From an uncultured Candidatus Saccharibacteria bacterium (GTDB taxonomy: Bacteria > Patescibacteriota > Dojkabacteria > SC72), in contig CAZPFV010000003.1 of assembly GCA_964585985.1 (NCBI GenBank), forward strand, positions 1 through 52,229: a DNA stretch of 52,229 bases. Direction: 5' to 3'. Position 1 is the first letter of the stretch; every line of letters begins with the position of its first letter. Below are positions 35,649 to 43,722 of the stretch, in pieces. The notes under the pieces are model-generated. The model searched no databases. It saw only the letters and a list, made by a program, of their open reading frames with translations, and was not told where the DNA came from. The position numbers and the translations under genes are program-made.

Positions 35649-36155
35649 TTACTTGCTAATGTTAAGAAAAGATCTTGTATCTTCTCTACCGTTTTTTTTT
35701 ACATCTGCCAATTTCTTATCTATCTTGTTTATCAAAACAATGGCCTTAAGATTCATTTCTAGGGCCTTCTTTAATACAAATTTTGTTTGAGGCATGACTC
35801 CCTCTTGGGCATCTACCAAAAGTAAACAAGAGTCTGCCATATTAAGAGTTCTTTCAACTTCACCACCGAAATCAGAGTGACCTGGTGTGTCTATAATATT
35901 TATTTTGTAACCCTTGTATCTTACAGATATATTTTTTGCTTTTATAGTAATACCTTTCTCCTTCTCCAAATCTCCACTATCAAGTATTTGAGTTTGACTC
36001 ATCTCCTCTTGATTCTCTCTAAAGAGATGGGTTTGCTTCATAAAGGCATCTACTAAAGTTGTTTTGCCATGATCAACATGGGCTATGACAGCGATATTCC
36101 TTATATTTTTCTTTTCAATGGGGATATATTCCATAACAGGTAGGTATTCTATCAT
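35649..36155 (-). CDS. typA: translational GTPase TypA/BipA, N-terminal G-domain fragment (frameshifted)
   Basis: [17 protein letters not shown] and NKID motifs. After the A9 run the frame yields 14 unrelated codons and a stop. Confidence 0.85.
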   Translation of the reverse strand: MIEYLPVMEYIPIEKKNIRNIAVIAHVDHGKTTLVDAFMKQTHLFRENQEEMSQTQILDSGDLEKEKGITIKAKNISVRYKGYKINIIDTPGHSDFGGEVERTLNMADSCLLLVDAQEGVMPQTKFVLKKALEMNLKAIVLINKIDKKLADVKKNGREDTRSFLNISK

Positions 36156-36173
36156 AAAATTGGAATATTTACT

Positions 36174-36374
36174 CTATTCGCACTTTGAATTTGGCTTCGG
36201 TTCAGATGGTTTCCCTTGTTCTATCCACTCCCCATCTTTACAAATCCATTTATCATCATTTAGCTTTAAAGTGATGAATAGGAGAAGAAGAGCAATAGTT
36301 AATATGGAAGCAACTATTATGAAGGCTTTTAAGTATTCTTTATCTCTTCTGTACGCTCTAACTCTTTCTGCCAT
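36174..36374 (-). CDS. hypothetical small membrane protein (66 aa, one TM, Cys-x-Cys-flanked C-terminal tail)
   Basis: Charged N-terminus, one clear TM helix, C-terminal DKWICKDGEWIEQGKPSEPKPNSKCE. Confidence 0.45.
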   Translation of the reverse strand: MAERVRAYRRDKEYLKAFIIVASILTIALLLLFITLKLNDDKWICKDGEWIEQGKPSEPKPNSKCE

Positions 36375-36382
36375 ATGTGTGC

Positions 36383-36709
36383 TTAAATATGAATATATGT
36401 ATATATACAGTACGCTACTAGAAAGATGGGTATAGCAAATATTAATGATATTAATATTTTAGTTCGAAATCTTCTTTTGAAAATCAGGGAGTATATGAAT
36501 GATAATGTTGAGTACACAATATATATTGAGAGAAGTATTAAAGAAATTCCTACCACTTTATCTAAGAGGCTTTCAATATTTGAATATGAACTCTCAGAGA
36601 GGGTACTTTTTAGATTTTCTAGTTGATTTTCAATTGGTGAGTATACAGTGGCAAAAATTGCTGAAAGAAATGAGTTACTAAGCACAAATGTATGTATCTG
36701 TTCAAACAT
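36383..36709 (-). CDS. hypothetical membrane protein (108 aa, ~3 TM)
   Basis: Hydrophobic helices. Longest ORF in the interval. Confidence 0.45.
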   Translation of the reverse strand: MFEQIHTFVLSNSFLSAIFATVYSPIENQLENLKSTLSESSYSNIESLLDKVVGISLILLSIYIVYSTLSFIYSLIFKRRFRTKILISLIFAIPIFLVAYCIYTYIHI

Positions 36710-36836
36710 ATATAATATATATTATGCTAAAAGAGAGTGAGAATGCAACTGATAGGGATATATGGATGAGTTAGAAATTCAAAAAAGAGGTATTTGAAAC
36801 AGTTCTTTTTGTTCCTTTACTATCTTCTTAGTAAAA

Positions 36837-37115
36837 CTACTCTATGTCTTGTAGTAAATATGTTTTCCCGATTGGCTCATCAACAATATTGAGGGGGTCA
36901 TATTTAAAAAGGATGTTAATAGTAAGAAGTAGTATTTCAATAATTAAGGTATACAGTATTATTCTTTTTATACTCCTTTTTTTATCAATCTTTACTCCTT
37001 TTCGTACTTTAATAATGAGAGAGATTACTAAGTAAAGGGTAAAGAGGATAGCTAATATCAAAAGAAAGTTTATAACGAGCTGTATTATTACCCCAGTGTA
37101 GTAAGATATTGTCAT
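36837..37115 (-). CDS. hypothetical membrane protein (92 aa, 2 TM)
   Basis: Two TM helices separated by a Lys/Arg-rich loop. Confidence 0.45.
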   Translation of the reverse strand: MTISYYTGVIIQLVINFLLILAILFTLYLVISLIIKVRKGVKIDKKRSIKRIILYTLIIEILLLTINILFKYDPLNIVDEPIGKTYLLQDIE

Positions 37116-37206
37116 AGATTAATGTTAATTGATATTAGTAAGGTTGTAAAGACAGTATGGATTTTTGATGATATAATGGGGGTAATAATTTAAAATAGTA
37201 ATAATT

Positions 37207-37917
37207 ATGACACCATACGGAAGTACATATGAAGATTTGACTCCTGAGGGGGCAACAGAAAAAAGAGGAATTATGCCTGATTCTGAAATTACTTCATTAA
37301 GAAAGCCTTCTTTAGATAGTGAATATACACATTTAGACAGTAATGAATCTTTTAATAGTATGAGAGATTTGAAAGAAGTAATTACTACTATCTCAAGAGG
37401 TGCAGATAATGAAAATATTGGAGCACTAGACGAGCTATCCAAATTTGTACTTTCTGCTACTCGGAATGCGGAGGTATCAGAAATTCTTTCGAATGGAACA
37501 CTGTATGGCTCTCATGCAATTTTTTCAGAGGATGGGAATCAAGCAACTAGCATTGTATATTTTGCTTTTCCTACCGAAATTCATGATAGCTCCGTTGTGT
37601 GGAACTGCTTAAGGCTTGTTATTGATGATAAAGAGAATAGAGAGCTTGAGTATTACAAGAATCTTCAGCCTTTCTTTGATAGATTTCCTTCTTCTGATGG
37701 ACTTTCTAAACATTCAGGAAATTATTTAGAATATTTCTCAAGGTTAGATTTGGGTCAAAGACCTGAGATGAATTTCAATACGAGAGGTGTTGTATCTGAT
37801 TTTAGGAATGCTGCACCAGTAATAAAAGAAAATGCTAAAAACAGAAATTTTGAGATGGAGGTTATTACTGCTGAGGATTTGTATAGTGAATTTTCTGCCT
37901 ATCCACCTTTAGAGTAG
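37207..37917 (+). CDS. hypothetical soluble protein (236 aa), orphan
   Basis: Longest ORF in the interval. Disordered acidic N-terminus. No motif recognised. Confidence 0.5.
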   Translation: MTPYGSTYEDLTPEGATEKRGIMPDSEITSLRKPSLDSEYTHLDSNESFNSMRDLKEVITTISRGADNENIGALDELSKFVLSATRNAEVSEILSNGTLYGSHAIFSEDGNQATSIVYFAFPTEIHDSSVVWNCLRLVIDDKENRELEYYKNLQPFFDRFPSSDGLSKHSGNYLEYFSRLDLGQRPEMNFNTRGVVSDFRNAAPVIKENAKNRNFEMEVITAEDLYSEFSAYPPLE

Positions 37918-37943
37918 TAGGGCATCTTAAATGAAATTGGTTA

Positions 37944-38372
37944 ATGGAATTTATAATATCAATATTAAATGATTTTTTTATTCCCCTCTCAATAGCAGTG
38001 GCTATTGAATCTCTTCTTTATCTTCTGTACTACCTTTTTAGGAGAGATGAGAGAAATAGTATTAAATATTTTAAATGGTTAATCATCTCCTTTTCAATAT
38101 ATGTCTCTTTTAACTTAGGTTATGAAATTGGTGCTAACTACTCGTTTTCTGAAGGTTTGTATAGATTCATTAGATCCTCTGGGAATGTATTAAACTATGC
38201 ATTTTATGGAATTCTTTATTATCTTTTACTTCATACTCCTTTTTTGCTTTATTTTCACTTCAAAAAAAGAAGGGATTTATATGATATTACTATGAAAAAG
38301 ATGTTTTATTTAATGGGAATATTGATTGTTGTGTCTGTGAGCTTTTATATACTATCAAAAAGTGCTTTTTAA
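37944..38372 (+). CDS. hypothetical membrane protein (142 aa, ~4 TM)
   Basis: Four hydrophobic helices. The stop codon abuts repeat copy A. Confidence 0.5.
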   Translation: MEFIISILNDFFIPLSIAVAIESLLYLLYYLFRRDERNSIKYFKWLIISFSIYVSFNLGYEIGANYSFSEGLYRFIRSSGNVLNYAFYGILYYLLLHTPFLLYFHFKKRRDLYDITMKKMFYLMGILIVVSVSFYILSKSAF

Positions 38373-38373
38373 G

Positions 38374-38747
38374 AAGAGTAAACAGCAATTTGAACTTCAT
38401 TTAATTCCGTAGTACTATATTGTTAATAGATTAAGTTATTGCCCATAAAAATGAAAAAATTTATTCGTATCTTTTCTTTGATTCTTTTCTGTATCGGTAT
38501 TTTTTCAATCCCTTTCTTAATTAAGAAATTTAGATCACCAATACATTCTGTGGAATATTATCATAATTTAACACAGAATAAGGATTTTCCTAGAGTTGAT
38601 GGTACGATACTTACAATGGAGCTTAGTGAGGATGGTAAAACATTGTATGTAGGAGGGGATTTTTCTCAAATAGGAGATTTTGAAGACGATTTGGTATATG
38701 AGAGAAATAATGTAGCAGCTATAAAGCTATCTGATTATTCAATTACT
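38374..38747 (+). repeat. direct repeat copy A (orphan adhesin 3' end + spacer + adhesin 5' end)
   Basis: Matches 41451-41824 at a constant offset of 3,077 nt. Positions 38380-38747 differ at only one base (38732 T vs 41809 C). Confidence 0.95.
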
Positions 38748-41489
38748 AATTGGGCACCAGAGGTTAATGGGCGAGTTGAGACAATGAAGGTGTATGGAGA
38801 TTATATATATATAGGGGGGAGTTTTGACGAGATAGGTGATACTTACACAGGTGGATTTGCGAAATTAAACTCTGATAGTAGCCTAAATGAATATTGTACT
38901 CCAAATATTCATAAATCTTCTTCAGGAGATACATATGTATTCAGCATTGAGGTTAATGAAGATTATATTTATGTTGGAGGAAGTTTTAATAGAGTAGGTA
39001 CAGGCGAGAATGAAGAGATTGTATCAAATCTTGTAAGATTAAATAATAATGCTAATTGTACATGGGATAGCAGTTGGGATCCTGAACCAAATGGCTGGGT
39101 GTATGATATTGAACTAGACGGGGACTTTATATACATAGGGGGAGATTTTAACGAAATATATGATACTTACACAGGTGAATTTGCAAAGCTAGATGTTGAT
39201 GGGGATTTAGATAATACTTGTACTCCTAATATTTATTCTTCAGGAGTCCCATCTACTGTACATAATATTACTTTAACAGATGAATATATTTATGTTGGTG
39301 GTAGTTTTGATGGAGTAGGTGAAAATAGTGTTAACGGATTAATTCGGCTTACAAATTCAAACAGTTGTACATGGGATAATTTATGGACTCCAGAAGTATA
39401 TCATCGTTATGGAGAAATCGTTTTTACGATTTCTCCAGTAGGAAATGATGTCTTTGTTGGAGGATCCTTTGAACGTATTGGTGGGCTGAGTGGTACAGAA
39501 TTTGCTCTTCTTGATGGAGATACAGGTGACGCTATCTCGTATTGGAATCCACATATTTCATCTCGCGGCTCTATGACCGTTTCTTCCTCTGTCTTTGATG
39601 GGGAAAAGCTTTATATCGGTGGTAACTTTGTAAAAGTTGAGGGTGATTATAGTTTATGTGGTAATGGTAACTACGAATGTCCCTATGGCCTAGCCTCATA
39701 TACATACTCATATGATGTAATTCAAACGATAGAGATAGAAACAATAGAAGATTTGGATGCAATGAGGGATAACCTTATGGCTAATTACAAATTAACTAAA
39801 GATTTAGATTTCAATGATTGTAGTAGTTATGAAGATTGCAGTAACAAGGAGACATATACAACAGGCTTAGGATGGGAACCTATTGGATACTATAGCTCTC
39901 GATATTTGGGTACTTTTGATGGACAGGGACATACGGTATCGAATATTTTTATCAATGCTCCCGCACTAGAAGAGGGGGTTGGTTTGTTTGGAGTGGTTGG
40001 AGAAAGTGGAAAAGTTCAAAATGTTGGTATAGAGGGTGCAGATATGACTGCTGCTTATAGTGCTGGTGGGCTGGTTGGGCTTCTGTTTGGAAAAGTAGAG
40101 AATTCATACAGCAAAGGTAGTGTTGGATTTGAATCAGGAGGAGAGTGTATAGGGGGATTAGTAGGGGATTCAGTAGGTGGTGTAATCACCAACTCATACT
40201 CTGAAGCTACTGTCACGGCTATTTATGGGGGTGGTGGGCTCGTTGGTTGTAATTATGAAGGTAGTGTAATTAATTCATACTCCTCAGGGGCCGTTGTGGA
40301 TATTCCCATGCCTGATTATGGTTATCATTATAATGGTGGGCTAATCGGTGAGAATGATGATGCTTCTGTAATCTCTTCTTTTTGGGATAAGGAAACATCT
40401 GGGCAAGTGAACTCTGGTGGTGGTACAGGTAGAACAACCTCACAAATGAAAAGTATCTTGAATTATGAAGGCTGGGATATAGTGAGTAGTAATGACTTTA
40501 ATCCCTCTAACCCAAGTAAATGGTATATAGAGGAAGGAAATGATTATCCTAGATTGTCTTGGGAGTATGATGCATTAGAAATAACTACAAAAGCTGCTAC
40601 AGATATAACATGGAGTGGAGCAACCTTAAATGGAGAATTGGAGAGTATAAATGATGAGTCTTCAGTCCAAGTATATTATGAATACAAAAAGAGTGGTGAT
40701 GTATGGAGTATCTCCCCTCAATCAACAAGAACATCAATAGGTGCCTACTCGTATAAATTGACAGGGTTAGAGAAAAATACAAATTATGAATACAGGGCTG
40801 TTGTAAGTTGGAGAGACGTTGGAAAGGTATATGGAGAAACTCTATCATTTACGACTTTAGCTACCCCAACTATTCCTTCTACATTTGGTTCGATAGAGTC
40901 AAACACTGCTCTGATTGATAACAAGAGTAATACAGAGAAAGATTTGATTCTAACTAGACCAGGTGTTGGTAGCATAACATTCTTCCCTGGATTAGATCTC
41001 ATTGAAAATATTGATGAACTATCATCTCTCGAAGAGAATATTGTTGTTGTCTTTGAGCCAGATCATAATAGGTATAGAGCATTTATTGATAGTCAGGGAG
41101 CCTCTTTCTTAGCTACTAGGCCAGCAGAGATTAGGTTCTTTAATGTCAAAAAGCAATTAGGTATAGAGAATCTTTCAGATTCTAACTTTAAGACTTTACT
41201 ACGTGTTACTGTTCGTAATGATCAGGGAAATACAGTAAAAGATACATCCTCATACTTTAAGTGGGAGAATGCCTCATACGATCCACTCTCAGATATCTTA
41301 ACTTTACCAGTTAATCATTTCTCAGAGTATGTGTTAGGAGCAAATACAGGTGCATTACCTAGTACAGGAATGTCTTCATATACATTGTTAATACCGATTG
41401 GCTTACTGTTAATGGGTGTATATATGATGGTAATTTCAAAGAGAGATTCGAAGAGGAAACAGCAATTTGAACTTCATTTAATTCCGTAG
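38451..41489 (+). CDS. large sortase-anchored surface protein: signal peptide, ~7 GG[SD]F propeller-type repeats, GLUG-motif region, Fn3-like domain, LPSTG sorting signal
   Basis: Seven repeats of type Y[IV]GG[SDN]F..[IV]G. Repeated GGLVG/GGLIG (GLUG) motifs. LPSTG at 41355-41369, followed by a hydrophobic helix and KRDSKRK. ATG 38451 is preferred over TTG 38439. Confidence 0.85.
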   Translation: MKKFIRIFSLILFCIGIFSIPFLIKKFRSPIHSVEYYHNLTQNKDFPRVDGTILTMELSEDGKTLYVGGDFSQIGDFEDDLVYERNNVAAIKLSDYSITNWAPEVNGRVETMKVYGDYIYIGGSFDEIGDTYTGGFAKLNSDSSLNEYCTPNIHKSSSGDTYVFSIEVNEDYIYVGGSFNRVGTGENEEIVSNLVRLNNNANCTWDSSWDPEPNGWVYDIELDGDFIYIGGDFNEIYDTYTGEFAKLDVDGDLDNTCTPNIYSSGVPSTVHNITLTDEYIYVGGSFDGVGENSVNGLIRLTNSNSCTWDNLWTPEVYHRYGEIVFTISPVGNDVFVGGSFERIGGLSGTEFALLDGDTGDAISYWNPHISSRGSMTVSSSVFDGEKLYIGGNFVKVEGDYSLCGNGNYECPYGLASYTYSYDVIQTIEIETIEDLDAMRDNLMANYKLTKDLDFNDCSSYEDCSNKETYTTGLGWEPIGYYSSRYLGTFDGQGHTVSNIFINAPALEEGVGLFGVVGESGKVQNVGIEGADMTAAYSAGGLVGLLFGKVENSYSKGSVGFESGGECIGGLVGDSVGGVITNSYSEATVTAIYGGGGLVGCNYEGSVINSYSSGAVVDIPMPDYGYHYNGGLIGENDDASVISSFWDKETSGQVNSGGGTGRTTSQMKSILNYEGWDIVSSNDFNPSNPSKWYIEEGNDYPRLSWEYDALEITTKAATDITWSGATLNGELESINDESSVQVYYEYKKSGDVWSISPQSTRTSIGAYSYKLTGLEKNTNYEYRAVVSWRDVGKVYGETLSFTTLATPTIPSTFGSIESNTALIDNKSNTEKDLILTRPGVGSITFFPGLDLIENIDELSSLEENIVVVFEPDHNRYRAFIDSQGASFLATRPAEIRFFNVKKQLGIENLSDSNFKTLLRVTVRNDQGNTVKDTSSYFKWENASYDPLSDILTLPVNHFSEYVLGANTGALPSTGMSSYTLLIPIGLLLMGVYMMVISKRDSKRKQQFELHLIP

Positions 41490-41824
41490 TACTATATTGT
41501 TAATAGATTAAGTTATTGCCCATAAAAATGAAAAAATTTATTCGTATCTTTTCTTTGATTCTTTTCTGTATCGGTATTTTTTCAATCCCTTTCTTAATTA
41601 AGAAATTTAGATCACCAATACATTCTGTGGAATATTATCATAATTTAACACAGAATAAGGATTTTCCTAGAGTTGATGGTACGATACTTACAATGGAGCT
41701 TAGTGAGGATGGTAAAACATTGTATGTAGGAGGGGATTTTTCTCAAATAGGAGATTTTGAAGACGATTTGGTATATGAGAGAAATAATGTAGCAGCTATA
41801 AAGCTATCCGATTATTCAATTACT
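41451..41824 (+). repeat. direct repeat copy B
   Basis: See copy A. Similarity stops abruptly after 41824. Confidence 0.95.
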
Positions 41825-41854
41825 GAACATCATTTAAAAGACCTTTTTTGGTAG
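41528..41854 (+). pseudogene. truncated second copy of the adhesin gene (first 99 codons, then 9 unrelated codons and a stop)
   Basis: Identical to the 5' end of 38451-41489 up to codon 99. Leaves the repeat at 41824/41825. Confidence 0.8.
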
Positions 41855-42320
41855 TTTGCGTGATTACATCACTATTGTTAATATCTTTATAATCCATTTC
41901 TATATTAAGCATCTGTTCGGATAAAGGAATAACGATATTCATTGAATTATTTGTTTTTATTAATTCTTCAAATTTCTCATACTTTCCTTCAACATTAACA
42001 TATAGTGTTAGAGTTAAAGTACTATCAGCAATAATATTGTAAGAAGTTTTAAATAATCTGATTAAATCATTATATTCTCCGTAGTTTATTTTAAGATTTT
42101 CATTTATATTAAAATCTAAACTCTCCTGATTTGCTGATACGCTATCTCTAACAAGTTTATTTTTTTTCTCGAAAATAACATTTGATGGATTCCCTTTTTC
42201 AAATACTTTAACATCTGCTTCTATATAGTAGTCGTAATCATATATTACTGACTCATTCATTTTAAACTCATAATTAAAATCAATATCTATATAATCAATC
42301 AATGAAGCTATATATTTCAT
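41820..42320 (-). CDS. hypothetical Asn/Lys/Tyr/Ile-rich protein fragment (166 aa), probably a 3'-truncated gene remnant
   Basis: Lies in very AT-rich DNA. Its stop codon (41820-41822) lies inside repeat copy B, that is, just across the junction. Confidence 0.4.
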   Translation of the reverse strand: MKYIASLIDYIDIDFNYEFKMNESVIYDYDYYIEADVKVFEKGNPSNVIFEKKNKLVRDSVSANQESLDFNINENLKINYGEYNDLIRLFKTSYNIIADSTLTLTLYVNVEGKYEKFEELIKTNNSMNIVIPLSEQMLNIEMDYKDINNSDVITQTTKKGLLNDVQ

Positions 42321-42328
42321 TCCTTTCG

Positions 42329-42577
42329 TTAAATAGGGGTGTCGTAATAATTGTTGGGTTTTAAATAAACAAGATAATTTATATTACTATTTTCTTTATA
42401 ATATAAGTTCTCAACACTTTTAGAAGAAATAGAGATAATAAAAGAAGCGGCTATTAAAATCAGTAATAAGAGACAATTTCTTATTTTTTTAAATAATCCT
42501 TTTTTATAGTTATCATTTTTTGATAACATTGATAATTTGTCATTTGGCTCATCTTTCATAGCTACAGAGTCCATCAA
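42329..42577 (-). CDS. hypothetical TM-anchored fragment (82 aa), probably the N-terminal part of the same disrupted gene
   Basis: N-terminal TM anchor (LLLLILIAASFIISI). Ends 8 nt before the next ORF, which is in a different frame. Confidence 0.35.
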   Translation of the reverse strand: MMDSVAMKDEPNDKLSMLSKNDNYKKGLFKKIRNCLLLLILIAASFIISISSKSVENLYYKENSNINYLVYLKPNNYYDTPI

Positions 42578-42813
42578 TACTTCTTTTTAAGATATTATTT
42601 ATTACCGACTTAATGTTAATAGTGTAGCACAATTTCAGTTTCTTTATAATGCAAATAAAAAAGAAATTAATACTTAAAATTTTTAATATAGTAGAGCCAT
42701 TTCCTTTAGATAGTCAGAAATGTGATGGTTTTTAGCTCAGGAACACGATATCTGTTTCTTGAAAATATAATGTAAAACTTTATTAATAGAAGGGAAAAAG
42801 AGTCAATAGAAAA

Positions 42814-42886
42814 CTCCGCGACCAGGACTCGAACCTGGAACCGAACGGTTAACAGCCGTTTGCTCTACCGATTGAGCTATCGCGGA
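42814..42886 (-). tRNA. tRNA-Asn (anticodon GTT)
   Basis: The reverse complement gives a TCCGCGA/TCGCGGA acceptor, TAGCTCAATCGGTAGAGC D-arm, anticodon stem-loop AACGG-CTGTTAA-CCGTT, GGTTCGAGTCC T-arm and discriminator G. Confidence 0.88.
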
Positions 42887-43074
42887 ATAGAGTATTATAT
42901 ATCTCATTATACGATGTTGCAAATCACTTTTAAACAGCTATTCTTTAGCTGATAACTCTAAATAGAAATAGAGAGTATTAGTTAATATTTTTACATACTC
43001 TTCATCTTGAATATTTCTTATTTATCTATATTTAAGGTAAAATATTAATATACATAAATTTATTTTTCCCCATT

Positions 43075-43671
43075 ATGGATATAAAAAATATAAAAATTAC
43101 CTTCGTGGGCATGGAATCTACCGAGAAACTAAAGGATTATGTAATTGAGAAAATTACCAAACATGACCATCTTCTAACAGAGGTTACTAGCATTGAGGTG
43201 GTTTTAAAATCACAAAGGAGTAATAGGGGGGTTGCAAATGATTTTAGATCTGATATTACTGTAATTCTCCCCAAAAGTGCTGTCAGGGTAGAGGTTAGTG
43301 GTGAAAATATGTTTGCTAATATAGATGAGGCTACAGATACGATGGCAAGAAGAATCGATAGATATTATGAGAAGAAAGCGTATTGGGAGGGAGCAACACC
43401 GTGGAAAGTTTTAGAAGCGGATGCCCATTTAGAAAGTCTTCCATCTACTGAAAAGGATGATCCATATTTCGATTATACGCCTACAATTAATACAAGAAAA
43501 AAGATTGAAGATATGAGTCCTTTGCAAGAAGGAGAGGCTATTGAGATGATGGAGCTACTCGGTTATGAGCAATTACTTTTTAAGAGTAAAAGTAACGGGA
43601 AAATATCAATGGTATACAAAAGAAAGCAGGGTGGTTACGGTCTTGTTGAGCCTGCGGATGAGGAAATCTAA
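43075..43671 (+). CDS. hpf: ribosome hibernation promoting factor, long form
   Basis: N-terminal RaiA/HPF fold pattern plus the C-terminal dimerisation domain of long HPFs (EAIEMMELLGYEQLLFKS...ISMVYKRKQGGYGLVEP). Confidence 0.85.
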   Translation: MDIKNIKITFVGMESTEKLKDYVIEKITKHDHLLTEVTSIEVVLKSQRSNRGVANDFRSDITVILPKSAVRVEVSGENMFANIDEATDTMARRIDRYYEKKAYWEGATPWKVLEADAHLESLPSTEKDDPYFDYTPTINTRKKIEDMSPLQEGEAIEMMELLGYEQLLFKSKSNGKISMVYKRKQGGYGLVEPADEEI

Positions 43672-43674
43672 AGA

Positions 43675-43702
43675 AAAAGGGGAATTAAATTCCCCTTTTT
43701 TA
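43675..43702. terminator. bidirectional intrinsic terminator between hpf and the convergent SurA-like gene
   Basis: GGGGAAT (43680-43686) pairs with ATTCCCC (43690-43696). It is flanked by an A run upstream and TTTTTT downstream. Confidence 0.75.
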
Positions 43703-43722
43703 ATATCTTCGTAAACTATTAA

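Noticed and set aside
36085-36435. 116-aa plus-strand ORF overlapping the bipA start and the 66-aa membrane ORF
   Set aside because: It runs antisense to the bipA 5' end. The minus-strand 66-aa ORF has a clean charged-TM-tail organisation and fits the local gene orientation.
37125-37442. 105-aa minus-strand ORF overlapping the start of 37207-37917
   Set aside because: It is shorter and Ser/Leu-rich, and it overlaps the longer, more protein-like plus-strand ORF.
38374-41824. The 374-bp repeat pair as a template/variable repeat pair of a diversity-generating retroelement
   Set aside because: The copies differ at only one or two positions and not in an adenine-specific way. They include non-coding spacer and a signal peptide rather than a C-terminal variable region. 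No reverse transcriptase is present.
42732-42775. TTTTTAGCTCAGGAACACG, considered as a tRNA fragment or att-site remnant near tRNA-Asn
   Set aside because: Only the TAGCTCAGG D-loop-like octamer matches. No complementary D-stem, anticodon arm or T-arm can be drawn, and it does not match the tRNA-Asn 3' end.
41825-42886. A complete integrated mobile element at tRNA-Asn
   Set aside because: No integrase, transposase, phage genes or flanking direct repeat of the tRNA end are visible. Only a compositional anomaly and gene fragments are seen, so this is reported as a low-confidence remnant instead.
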